This document shows, piece after piece, positions 12,247-25,300 of a DNA stretch of 59,142 nt (position 1 is its first letter; each line of letters opens with the position of its first letter). The stretch is from positions 193,700,266 to 193,759,407 of the forward strand of contig NC_068981.1 of NCBI RefSeq assembly GCF_001194135.2, in the 5' to 3' direction. The DNA is from Octopus bimaculoides (Eukaryota). Position numbers and translations under genes: made by a program. The notes beneath the pieces were generated by a model, which was not told where the DNA came from, made no database searches, and saw nothing but the letters and a program-made list of their open reading frames with translations.

Positions 12247-12827
12247 NNNNNNNNNNNNNNNNNNNNNNNNNNNNNNNNNNNNNNNNNNNNNNNNNNNNNN
12301 NNNNNNNNNNNNNNNNNNNNNNNNNNNNNNNNNNNNNNNNNNNNNNNNNNNNNNNNNNNNNNNNNNNNNNNNNNNNNNNNNNNNNNNNNNNNNNNNNNNN
12401 NNNNNNNNNNNNNNNNNNNNNNNNNNNNNNNNNNNNNNNNNNNNNNNNNNNNNNNNNNNNNNNNNNNNNNNNNNNNNNNNNNNNNNNNNNNNNNNNNNNN
12501 NNNNNNNNNNNNNNNNNNNNNNNNNNNNNNNNNNNNNNNNNNNNNNNNNNNNNNNNNNNNNNNNNNNNNNNNNNNNNNNNNNNNNNNNNNNNNNNNNNNN
12601 NNNNNNNNNNNNNNNNNNNNNNNNNNNNNNNNNNNNNNNNNNNNNNNNNNNNNNNNNNNNNNNNNNNNNNNNNNNNNNNNNNNNNNNNNNNNNNNNNNNN
12701 NNNNNNNNNNNNNNNNNNNNNNNNNNNNNNNNNNNNNNNNNNNNNNNNNNNNNNNNNNNNNNNNNNNNNNNNNNNNNNNNNNNNNNNNNNNNNNNNNNNN
12801 NNNNNNNNNNNNNNNNNNNNNNNNNNN

Positions 12828-12882
<55 letters not shown>

Positions 12883-15800
12883 ATGTTTGTGTGTCTGTAT
12901 TTGTCTCTTCAACATCGCTTGACGACCGATGCTGGTGTGTTTACATCCCCGTCACTTAGCGGTTCAGCAAGAGAGACCGATAGACTAAGTACTAGGCTTA
13001 CAAAGAATAAGTCCTAGGGTCGATTTGCTCGACTAAAGATGGTGCTCCAGCATGGCCGCAGTCAAATGACTGAAACAAATAAAAGAAAAAAAAAAGACTC
13101 CCTGTACTACCTTATTGGACCATCAAGGGTCCACGCACCACAGCTTGGGAAGCACTGAGAGCTGAGACCCCCTTCGGTCATGACTGACCAGGGGATTGCA
13201 CCTAGAAAGTTACCCTCCGAGGCACATGTCCGGGCAAGGCTGTTTGTGGAAGGCCAGCAGTCGCCCATGCATACCGGCCCCACCCTCTTCAGTATTCAGG
13301 GCTCGTGTCTCCTTACCATGGAGTATTATGTTCTAGCACTAGGCTAGAATATAATAGGGGGAGAGCGACAGGTGTCTTACTAAAGAGAGGGTACTTCATT
13401 ATCCCAGGAGAAAAAGACAATAATGAAACTAGAGATAGTGTGAGGGAGAAAGATAGAGAGGCAGAGAGTGACAGAGAGAGAGAAATGAATGGTGTTGCAG
13501 ATGAATCAGAAAGTACCCACAAGTGTATGGGAGGGGGGGCGGAGCAGAGGTTTTATAGAGGTGTGAATTGAGATGTTTACAGATGGGGAAGAGGTGACTC
13601 TAGTAAGAGATGGTGAGATAAATTGGAGTGCCTGGTAGAGGGCATCGTAGATGTGTACAGGCATGGAGAGCTTGCGGATGGGAATATGAGGGTGAGTGGA
13701 TGGGGCATGCTGCAGGTAGTGATCATGAGTGGTGTTGAAACGATGGGTTTCGGGGGATTTCTGACAGAGGAAAGATTATTTATAGGAGGTGTATGGCCAT
13801 AAAGAACATACCTGTATGCTTCTTAGATGGCTATGAATTTACTTAACTTGATGCAGCTTCTCAAGCCACAGAAAATCAAGAAGGAGTCGGAGGATCTAGT
13901 GTGGTGTTGTTTAATATCAGGTCACCTCAAACCAGCAGAACAAAGATGTTCCAGATATGACCATCATGATTTTATTCTTAGCATATCTGAAAAGACATGA
14001 TCTAATGTGTCCGTCCTTATTATTCTTCTGTCTCAAATCAGCCTTAAACCAGCAAACCTGAGATCAAGGGTTTTCCATCAGTGACCATCCTGCCTTTTAT
14101 TTATAATCTATCTATAAATACATTATTTACATTTGACGGATATTTGTCCTCATCTTGTTTGTTGTTAACACAACGTTTCGGCTGATATACCCTCCAGCCT
14201 TCATCAGGTGTCTTGAGGAAATTTTGAACCTGGGTTCTCATTTCTAAGGTATTTTGCGATGTTATTATTATTATTGTTACTATTATTGTTATTATTACTC
14301 AGGTTACTGCTTGGAATCGAACTCAGAATCTTGGGGTTAGTAGGCCACGCTCTTAACCACTACACCATATACCCAGGTTCAAAATTTCCCCATGCCATCT
14401 GTTAAAGGCTGGAGAGTACATTAGCCGAAATGTTGTGTTAACAACAAACAATTTGAGGACAAATATCCATCAAATGTAAATAATGTAAATAATGTACATA
14501 ATTCCTCATCTCTTAAATATAGAACTGTCCTATAAATACATTACTTAATGATACCCTCCTTGTAGTTGCCATTTATTTCAAGCTCAGCCTTGAACCAACA
14601 GCCTTATGATCAAACAGCTTCCAGCTGCAACCATCTTGTCTTTTATTCAGACATGGTATACCTAGGACTACATTATCTAATGTATCCGTCTTTGTGCTGC
14701 TGTTTAGCCCCAGGTAAGCTTTAAACCAGCAAACTTATGATCAAAAGTGCTTCGGCTATGGTTATCTCATGTCTTTTACTCAGACATATTATGTCTACAA
14801 CTACATTGCATAAGTCCTTCTATGTCGTTGCTGTTTCACCTCAAGTCAGTGCTTATCTAGAGGCACTATGATCATCATATTCCCCCCATGACCATTCCTA
14901 AAAGTCTCTTCAAGATTATACTACTCATAGTCTAAAATTACCTTTGGCACAATCTTTCACACGGGCCAAAACCTAAAGGCATTTCCTAAAAATAAAGTAT
15001 TTGGAAGAGGGGTCTTACCGGAAGTTTCTTCCCTTTTTCTTTCAGCCAATAATTTCCTTCATCAGTTCGCCAACTTGTCATCTGTAAGCTCAGTAGTTCA
15101 CCCAAAGTGTTAGGAGGAATATACAATGCTGCTTTACTGCAAAAACAAGAAATGAATATATATAAGGTTAGCTGAATTAGAGGTTAAAATAACTGTCTAA
15201 GGGATAAAAGCATCCATTACTCTACCGGTATATTACCTATGTTTAACCATAGGCATACATATGCAAGCATATTCTTCATCATCATCATTGTCATTTGACA
15301 TCTGCCTTACATGTTGACATGGTTTGGACGGTTTGACTGAGGACTGGTGAGCCAGAAAGCTGCACCAGGCTCAATCTGATCTGGCAAAGTTTCTACAGCT
15401 GGAGCCCTTCCTAATGCCAACCACTCCAAGAATGCTTTTTATGTGCCACCTACACAAGGGCCAGTCAGGCAGTATTGGCATCGACCACACTTGCATGGTG
15501 CTTTTTACGTGCCACCAGTACAGAACCAGTCAGCCGGCACTGGCATCGATCATACTCGAATGGTGCATTTTACGTGCCACCAGCACTGGACCAGTCTGCC
15601 CTCACTGGCATCAACCACGCTCAAATGGTGCTTTTTATGAGCCAGTTGAAGAAATTTGTCCAGGTTTCATTTGAAGCTGATAGGATCATTTTTATCTTCG
15701 TTTTTTGGGGGGATAATGTTAAAAGCAATAGGGCCTGTTGAGGAAAAGTAATTGTGTAGCAATGTATTTATGTGTTGTCAGCCTAAATTGATTAAGGGAT

Positions 15801-18800
15801 GTATAGTATCTGGCCCCAGCCTTGGATGAATTCTGAATCTAATCTTAAGGTCATTTGGAAAACGCTGGTAGTATTTTCCCCACATTGCGCAACATTGAAT
15901 TATATTGTTGCTGTGTGTGTGTGTGTGTGTGTGGACTTTAAATGATGATGATGTGGTGGTGGTGGTGGTGGTGATAATGATGATGATATACATAAATATC
16001 ATTATCCTCATTTTAATCTCCAATTTTTCGTGCTTGCATTTTTGTTTCCAAGCAGAGTATTTTTTTCCCCATGGTCAGATATGCTTTGGCAGCAGCAGCA
16101 ACAGCAACAACAACATTAGCAACTCCAAGAACAGTAACATCAACAAAGGTAGCAGTGGTCAACACCAACAACATCAGCAGTGGTCAACACCAACAACAAC
16201 AACACTCCATATCATATTACCTTTTAATTGCAATTGTACCACCTTGCAAACCAACCATTTTGTAAACAACAGGGAAATCACTGACAACAATTTTCCCTTT
16301 CTGATCCCGGTTAGAAAAGTCGTTATTCCTTGTACACATGTAGTGGTATTTTCCTTGCTTGGTTATCTTGCGAGGACCAAGATCAAAGTAGGTACCAGCC
16401 TTGTTTAAAAGAGGATCATTTCCATTTTTGTTACCTGTAAAATATATTAGTTAGAAAAATGGTTAATATATTCAGTACTTGACCCGACAAGCCAAGTGAG
16501 ACCACAGCCCATGACCTATGGAGTGGGTGTAACCAGCCCATTTATGAATACCCCCTCATTCATTGGACAATAAACTTTGCTTGTGATGACCTATTGAGAC
16601 AAGTGAAATCAAAATTAAAATTGCTGACGTGGCCTTTTGACAGTACCGCCTGATTGGCACTCATGCCAGTGGAACGTTAAAAGCACATCCGAATGTGGGG
16701 TGTAACCGGCCCACTTATGAGTACCCCTCATTCAGTGGACAATGAACTTTGCTTGCGAAGACCTATTGAGGCAAGTGAAAACAAATCAAAATTGCTGACG
16801 TCGCCAGTGACAGTACTGGCGCTCGTGTTAGGGGAACATTAAAAGCACATCCAAGCATGATCGTTGCCAGGGCCACAGATTGGCTCCCATGCTGGTTACA
16901 TGTGAAAAGCACCGTTCAAGCGTGATCACTGCCAGCATCGCCCTACCAGCACATGTGCCGGTGGCACATGAAAAACAACATTCGAGCGTGATCCTTGCCA
17001 GTCAACCTCATTCGATGGGCTGACTTCACATCCTTCATTTTGGAAAATATTTGCTCACAGACCATAAGTTCTTCCAAACATTGATGCCATAGCAGAGGCA
17101 AATGAACTCTCATTGCAGGTACTTACACAAAATGGTATAGTGCAGTGGCGGGCCGGATGAACTTAACTTGCAGGTGAGATCCAGCCTGTGAGCCATAGTT
17201 TGGTGATCCCTGCCCTAATGAATTGGGTGTGTTATGAACACACATTAGTCTGCAAGGAGAAATTGCTTTTCAATGACAAAATACAACAGTAATTAGTACA
17301 TTCATGCTCAAAGCCACTGGAATCAATTAAGAATGAATATACACATCAGACATCTGATTATGACTGTTCACCAGACACATAACAGTCTGCTCTACACACA
17401 AACTAACTCTGAAAGACAAGAGAGCAAGGTGGTTTAATTGATGCAGTCAGCTCTTGCTTCAACATTAACAACAACCATATTCTTATACAGACACTCTATG
17501 TCGGGTTATGGCACATTGATCCCCATCAAATGTTTTATCATTCATCACTCAAAATAGTTCCATAGAGAAAAATGTGAACATACCAAGATGGGCCAGTTTG
17601 GTAATGTCATCTTCAGAAAGCCCCAAAAATGAAGAATTTGTAATTTTGGTTGGATAGTTGGTGCCATAATGACCAAATAACAAAGGTTTATAAGGTACAT
17701 TTATTGACATCTCTGAAAAATTGCTTTCTGCCAACATCACAACATTGTTACGATCGGTTCCTGCCTTTCCATTTCCTTCAAACTTTTTGTTGTTTGTATT
17801 GGAACCATTCCATCTGAATGAAAAAGAAGAATACATAACTTATAACCAAATCCTCTTCACTGCCTCCTCACCATTCTCAAACAGGTAGTGTTCATGTGGG
17901 GCTCAAAATACTTTAGACCTGCCATGTTTTATTTTTATGTTATCTGAGCAAAATAGCAGTCACAATAGCAACAGTCTAAAAGCCACTAAACAAAACTTAA
18001 TCCAAGTTCAACAGAATTTTGTAACACATATAGACATTACATATACATATATATATATATATATATANNNNNNNNNNNNNNNNNNNNNNNNNNNNNNNNN
18101 NNNNNNNNNNNNNNNNNNNNNNNNNNNNNNNNNNNNNNNNNNNNNNNNNNNNNNNNNNNNNNNNNNNNNNNNNNNNNNNNNNNNNNNNNNNNNNNNNNNN
18201 NNNNNNNNNNNNNNNNNNNNNNNNNNNNNNNNNNNNNNNNNNNNNNNNNNNNNNNNNNNNNNNNNNNNNNNNNNNNNNNNNNNNNNNNNNNNNNNNNNNN
18301 NNNNNNNNNNNNNNNNNNNNNNNNNNNNNNNNNNNNNNNNNNNNNNNNNNNNNNNNNNNNNNNNNNNNNNNNNNNNNNNNNNNNNNNNNNNNNNNNNNNN
18401 NNNNNNNNNNNNNNNNNNNNNNNNNNNNNNNNNNNNNNNNNNNNNNNNNNNNNNNNNNNNNNNNNNNNNNNNNNNNNNNNNNNNNNNNNNNNNNNNNNNN
18501 NNNNNNNNNNNNNNNNNNNNNNNNNNNNNNNNNNNNNNNNNNNNNNNNNNNNNNNNNNNNNNNNNNNNNNNNNNNNNNNNNNNNNNNNNNNNNNNNNNNN
18601 NNNNNNNNNNNNNNNNNNNNNNNNNNNNNNNNNNNNNNNNNNNNNNNNNNNNNNNNNNNNNNNNNNNNNNNNNNNNNNNNNNNNNNNNNNNNNNNNNNNN
18701 NNNNNNNNNNNNNNNNNNNNNNNNNNNNNNNNNNNNNNNNNNNNNNNNNNNNNNNNNNNNNNNNNNNNNNNNNNNNNNNNNNNNNNNNNNNNNNNNNNNN

Positions 18801-19290
18801 NNNNNNNNNNNNNNNNNNNNNNNNNNNNNNNNNNNNNNNNNNNNNNNNNNNNNNNNNNNNNNNNNNNNNNNNNNNNNNNNNNNNNNNNNNNNNNNNNNNN
18901 NNNNNNNNNNNNNNNNNNNNNNNNNNNNNNNNNNNNNNNNNNNNNNNNNNNNNNNNNNNNNNNNNNNNNNNNNNNNNNNNNNNNNNNNNNNNNNNNNNNN
19001 NNNNNNNNNNNNNNNNNNNNNNNNNNNNNNNNNNNNNNNTTCCTTATTTAATCTAATCTGTGTTGGTGTTTTAATGGCACATTGGTAAAAAGGAAAGATT
19101 ATAAATTGTGGTAGCATTTGTTTTGCGCATTTCTCAATATGATCACTAAAAGGTATCATTCGGTATTCTGGGTGTGCAATCTGCTGGCGGTGCAGAGTGC
19201 ATCTACGTCTGAGCGATAATCCTGTGGATTATCCTGTGGATAATACTTTAACCATGTAACACAAGCCTTCTGTAGTTTTTTCACTCTTAT

Positions 19291-19330
<40 letters not shown>

Positions 19331-22300
19331 TCCTGGGGCTAAAAGCAACAGTAACATCCACCCCTAGGGGTCAGCCACACTTAAGTGGCAATATACTACA
19401 CTTTATATATATATATATATACATAAATAAATAAATACAAAGGTACAAAATTGACAGACTCTGAAGGAATTCAAAATCATAAAATAATCCAAGTGTAAGG
19501 AAATCCATGTTTTGTTTTGCTCTCCATCACTGTGTGACAAGTGGTGTTGGTTTGATTATGTCCCCATAACTTAGTGGTTTGGCAAAAGAGAATGATAGAA
19601 TAAGTACCTGGCCAATAAAAAAAGTACCAGGATCAATTTGATCAACTAAACTCTTCAAGGTAGTACTCCAGCATGGCCACAGTCAAATGACAGCAACATC
19701 TAAAAAGCACCATCCAAACGTGGTCAATGCCAGTCACCCTCTGCCCCAACTGGCTCTTGTGCCGGTAGCACCTAAAAAGCACCATCCGAACGTGGCCAAT
19801 GTCAGTGCCACCTGACTGGCTCCCATACCAGTGGCACATAAAAAGCACCCACTACACTCTTGGAGTGGTTGGCATTAGGAAGGGCATCCAGCTGTAGAGA
19901 CCTTTCCAGATCAGATTGGAGCCTGGTACAGCCTTCCAGCATGCCAGCCCTGGTCAAACCATCCAACCCATGCCAGCATGGTAAAACAGATGTTAAACGA
20001 TGATGATGAATATTATAAAATGAGCAGAATACCACAAAGGTATATTGTTTCTTTTCTGTGCTATCAATAATCCCTCTCCTTGGATCCGCTTCCTTAGTCA
20101 ACCATCCTGCACAATGTCATCTCTTACTCCTTTACTTTCTACCGAACAACTCCTATGTAGCTCTAACCTCCATCTCTGTCTCTGTCCATCCCTCCCTCTC
20201 TCTCTCTCTCTCTCTGCCACTCTACCTACTTCACATCTCCATATTTCTTGTCTATTCGTTATCCCTTAAAAGCACCCACTACACTCTCTGAGTGGTTGGC
20301 GTTAGGAAGGGCATCCAGCTGTAGAAACTCTGCCAAATCAGACTGGAGCCTGGTGTTGCCATCCGGTTTCACCAGTCCTCAGTCAAATCGTCCAACCCAT
20401 GCTAGCATGGAAAGCGGACGTTAAACGATGATGATGATGATGATGATATCAAGCCCAAATATGTTTTGCAAACAACTTGCACATGCAAGTGCTACCAATC
20501 GAGAACTCCGCACACCAGAAGCCAGCAAGTGTACGGGGTCATCAGGAGAGAATGCATGCCATTTTGGGGCCTACCTCTCATCATCAATGTGCCCCAGCCC
20601 CCCTCACTGATATGAGACCCCGCTTGCTAGATCAACTGGTTATCAAATAAAGCTCAGTATGCTTCTAGCCATTGCTCATCGTCTCTTTTCAACCAAATCC
20701 AATGACTTGCCTTTCCCACTGTAGTTTGGAGATCTACCTGTTTTGATGTGCTAACCAGCCATTTTTGAACCCGAGAATGTCCTTCTAAAAATACACAATC
20801 ACATCATCAAAAAATCTTGAAGCTACAAGAAAACAAATGATAAATTTAAAACAATGTGAAAAATAGGCATTACATTTGACAGAATAATCTGGAATGCTAA
20901 AAGGGTTAAACTGTTGCTCTCCACCATTCCATTTTATGTACCCCTAACTATCACCTCTTTCTTCCATTGTCCCTGCATCTTCCCCCATACTGAGATTCAC
21001 CACTGCACTCACCTCTATGCGATCTTTAACCGTCACTCTCCTTCTACACCCTCAAACACTTACACACCATCCTTTCAGATCCTTTGCCCCTTTATCCTCC
21101 TTCTTGTACCTTGAGGGCACACCCAGATACCTTGTCACCACTCTATTTTCTCCCTTTCCTGCTGTGGTAGTCATGTGTCCCCACTACAGCAAGATGCCAG
21201 TTCCTGTTCCTCTTTCATGCTCCCGCTCCTGAAGGCCCTTTTCCAATACTACAACATCCGACCCCACACACTCAATTGAGGGACCTTGTTTTACAAGTTA
21301 CTATAAAGCCAGATTCCACATAAAAAAAAGCACCCAGTTCACTCTGTAAAGTGGTTGGCATCAGGAAGGGCATCCAGCCATTGCAACCATGCCAAAGAAG
21401 ACATTGGAGTTCAATGCAATTCTCTAGTTCATCAGATCCTGTTGAGTCATCTACTCCATGATGAGTATCAATAAAATAAGTAGCTGTAGTGCACTGAGGG
21501 TGATGTAATTGACTAGCGCCGCCGTACCCCAGAATTGCTGGCCTTGTGTCAAAATTAGAAACCACTGTCAAGGAAGCTTATAAGTCAGTGAGCTGGTGGA
21601 ATCATTAGTCTGCTGGACAAAATGCTTAGCAACATTTCTTCCAACTTCACATTCTTCTGAGTTCAAATGATGTTGGGGTAGACTTTGCTTTTCCTCCTTC
21701 TGGGGTCAATAAAATAAGTACCATTAAGCATTGGGGTCGATTAAATCAATTTACCCCCTGCCTTCCCCCCCCTCCTATCGGTTTCCATAATTTGAAACCA
21801 ATACTGTCATCATGTTACTCGCACTTTCTATATTAACAATGGTTGGCCGTCATCACAGTTCAAATGAGTTCTTAGACATTCTACTCTCATAGATGTGTCA
21901 AAAAACAATGTTTTGCTCAAATACTTTATTTTGTGACAAGGTTCTTCACTTCCCTTTCCTCTGTGCAGGCATTCATGTTGCCAATAGCAGCCCTTTGTCC
22001 CTCATTGCCACTGTCCATTTCACACCATTTCCACCCCTCTTTACCTCTGACTTCTCCCCTAGCACTGTGCATCTCTCACACACACCACCCCCATTCACTT
22101 CATATCATCTGTGTTTCCATTTATTACCTCACACAGCCACTCATACTTCCTCCACTTTCCCTTCCAACTGATATTCCCAAACGACCCCCTTGTCCCCATT
22201 GTGTTCACCACTACATTTCTCTCTACCCACCCTCTTACACTTCCACAAACTTACCCACCCTTACTATTTCTTTTTTATTCATCTTCCTATAAATTGAGGG

Positions 22301-25300
22301 TGGCCATCTTCACCACCACCACCACCACCCCTCTTTTGCAACCAGGGTAACTATGCATCTTTCCCCACAGAAACGACTACTTACTGTCCCCCTATCATAC
22401 CTTAACTTCTCATCATCCAGCATAAAGTCACCCCCACCAATACTACTCACCCCCATCTCAGTACTTATTTCATTAATCCTGAAAAGATGAACGGCAAAGT
22501 TGACCTTGGTGGAATTTGAACTCAGAATGCAAACACAGACAAAAGTCTGCTAAGCATTTTGCCCAGGTTGCTAATGATTCTACCAGCTCACTGACTTATG
22601 ACCTTCCATAATCATCATCCTTGTCGTTTAATGTCCGTTTTCCATGCTGTCATGGGTTGGACGGTTTCACTGAGGACTGGCAAGCCAGAAGACTGCACCA
22701 GGCTCCAATATGAACTGGCAAGGTTTCTATGGCTGGATGGCATTCCTAATGCCAAACACTCTGAGAGTGTAGTGGGTGCTTTTTACGTGCCACCAGCACA
22801 AGAGCCAGTCAGGGGGTACTGGCATCATCCACATGTTCGGTTGGTGCTTTTTACATGCTACCGGCACAGGAGCCANNNNNNNNNNNNNNNNNNNNNNNNN
22901 NNNNNNNNNNNNNNNNNNNNNNNNNNNNNNNNNNNNNNNNNNNNNNNNNNNNNNNNNNCTGGTATTGACCGTGTTCAGATGGTGCTTTTAACATGCCACG
23001 GCACAGGAGTCAGTCAGGCGGCACTGGCATCAGCCACATTTGGATGGTACTTTTTACATGTCACCGGCACAGGGAGCCAGTCAGGCAGCACTGGCAATGA
23101 CCCATGCATGAATGGTGCTTAATATTAATTAATAAATCATTAACATCACAAAAGTACTTTCAGTACTATTCTTAATTAATGATAGTCATTATTTTAGCAT
23201 AAAATTGTGAGACAGGGGTCTTGTCTTGCAAGTTACTTGGTGAATTCACTGGTGCCAATGAAAAATAAAAAACACCCAGTACACTATGTAAAAAGGCTGG
23301 TTTTGGAGCTTGATGCAGTCTTCTGGTTCACTGGCTTCTGTTGTACCATCCAACTCATGACAGCATGGAAAATGGATATTAAACAATGATGATAATCAGA
23401 AAATTTCTATTTGTAAATCTCACAACGAGAGATATTCAGCAACAGTACTTTGGAATAAAGATTATTTGCCGGCATGACATAGCAGTCCTGGTTTAGGACG
23501 AATGTTGCTGTAATTTAGCCCCAGGAGACATCGTCTCCTGCTGGCCATACGACACGGCTTGTGTCCTTATATTTTCAAACATCCTGCGTTGTGAGATTTA
23601 CAAATAGTAATTTTTTAAATTATAGATCAGTGACTTGTTGTCACTTTGAAAACTATATATTTCGAACTGGAATTTGGCAGTGCCACCTCTAGCCAAACAA
23701 TTATTCTGTGCTGATGAAGGGAAATAACCCGAAAATCATGATACACAGATATTGTTTTGAGCTGAGTGGGGGTGCTAGATTCCTTTGTTCAAAAATATAA
23801 GGATACAGATCATGTTGTATAGTCAACTGGAGACGTTGTGTCCTGGGGCTAAATTACAGTAACATTCATCCTAAACCAGGACTGCCATGTTATGTTGGAA
23901 AACAATCTTTACTTCAATGATGATGATGATGACAATATCTTGCTCCAACACTAACCACCTAACTGTGTGTACTGGATATTATCATACCTTCAACAAGATG
24001 TGACTAAAGAACACTCTTTTCTCTCTTTCATCTCTGCTCAGTCATTAATCACAGAATGTACAGAGTGTATTTCAGTTCCCATCTAGCAAACCCATTCACA
24101 AGACTTTGGTTCATTTGGGTCTATGGCAGAAAAATATTTACCCAAGTTGCTACATGGTGGAACAGAACTGAATACCACATGGTTGGGAAGCAACCCACAT
24201 TCGTATAACAAAATGATTTACATACTGAAAGTGGATATAGTCTCCAGTTGCTATGTTCAACAAGTTTGGTACAAAGTCGTATTCCACAGCTGGATAAACT
24301 TGAACAATATTTCCTCTCTTTCCTCTTACATTCAGATTGTGGATGACAGCATCTTTCAAATCTTGGGGACGTTTCTTGATCGAGAAAGTGTGAGACCTAG
24401 GAAACACAAACAATACAATTCGTTTTTAATGGTTGAACTTGAAGTAGATAAATCATAAATAACAGCAACTAATTAACTTGTTTCAGCCACTGGACTACAG
24501 TCATTTTGTAACACTACCTTGTAGGGATAATCAAACAAAGTGACACACACCATTGATTTTATTAATTCTAAGCCTGGTGCTAATTCTATTAGTCTCACTT
24601 GCTGAACTGTTAAGTTATGGGAAGGGAGGATGTAAACAAAGCAACACCGGTTGTAAAGCGGTGAGACAAAGGCAAACACAAAAACACACATACATACATT
24701 CATGTGCGTGTGTGTGTGTGTGCGCGCGTGTGCGTGTGGGCGTGCGTGCAATGGGCTTTCACACAATTTTCATCAAACAAATTCACTCCCAATGCATTAG
24801 TCATTTTGCGGCTACAATAGAATGCACTTGTCCAAAGTGCTGTGTATTAGAATTGAACTGAAAAACTGTGTGATTATGAAGCAGACTTGTTAACCACACA
24901 GCCATGTCTGCAATGAAAAAAGAATAAAACAGATGCAGGCATGACTGTGTGGGAAGAAGTTTGCTTCTTGACCACATGGTTCCAGGATCAATCCCACTGC
25001 ATGGCACCTTGGGCAAGTGTCTTCTACTACAGCCTCAAGCTGACCAAAGCCTTGTTAGTGGACTTGGTAGATGGAAACTGAAAGAAGCCTGTTGAATGTG
25101 TGTACGTGTGTGTGTGTCTGTGTTTTTCCCCTCACCTCTGCTGTTGATGTGTTTATGTCCCGGTAACTTAGCAATCCAACATAAGAGACTGATAAAATAA
25201 GTACCAGGCTGAAATAAAAATAAGTAGTGAAGTTGATTCATTTGACTAAAATCCTTCAGACTAATGACTGACACAAGTATAAAAGACAAAAGATAAAAGT

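Larger units (their letters stand above)
14126..14529 (-). mobile_element. Non-autonomous Penelope pLTR foldback with tRNA-like promoter and hammerhead ribozyme
   Basis: Inverted arms 14126-14235 and 14371-14486; 14-bp direct repeat ctataaatacatta at 14112-14125 and 14530-14543. Confidence 0.78.
13905..14910. repeat. Degenerate tandem repeat of about 120-130 bp (about 5 units), interrupted by the Penelope insertion
   Basis: Recurrent cagcctt-aaaccagca-acc-tatgatcaaa..ttccagc-atgaccatc-tgtctttta..tacattatctaatgt units near 13910, 14030, 14565, 14695 and 14825. Confidence 0.7.

Noticed and set aside
5714-19159. Long ORFs made mostly of X
   Set aside because: They are artefacts of translating through N gaps.
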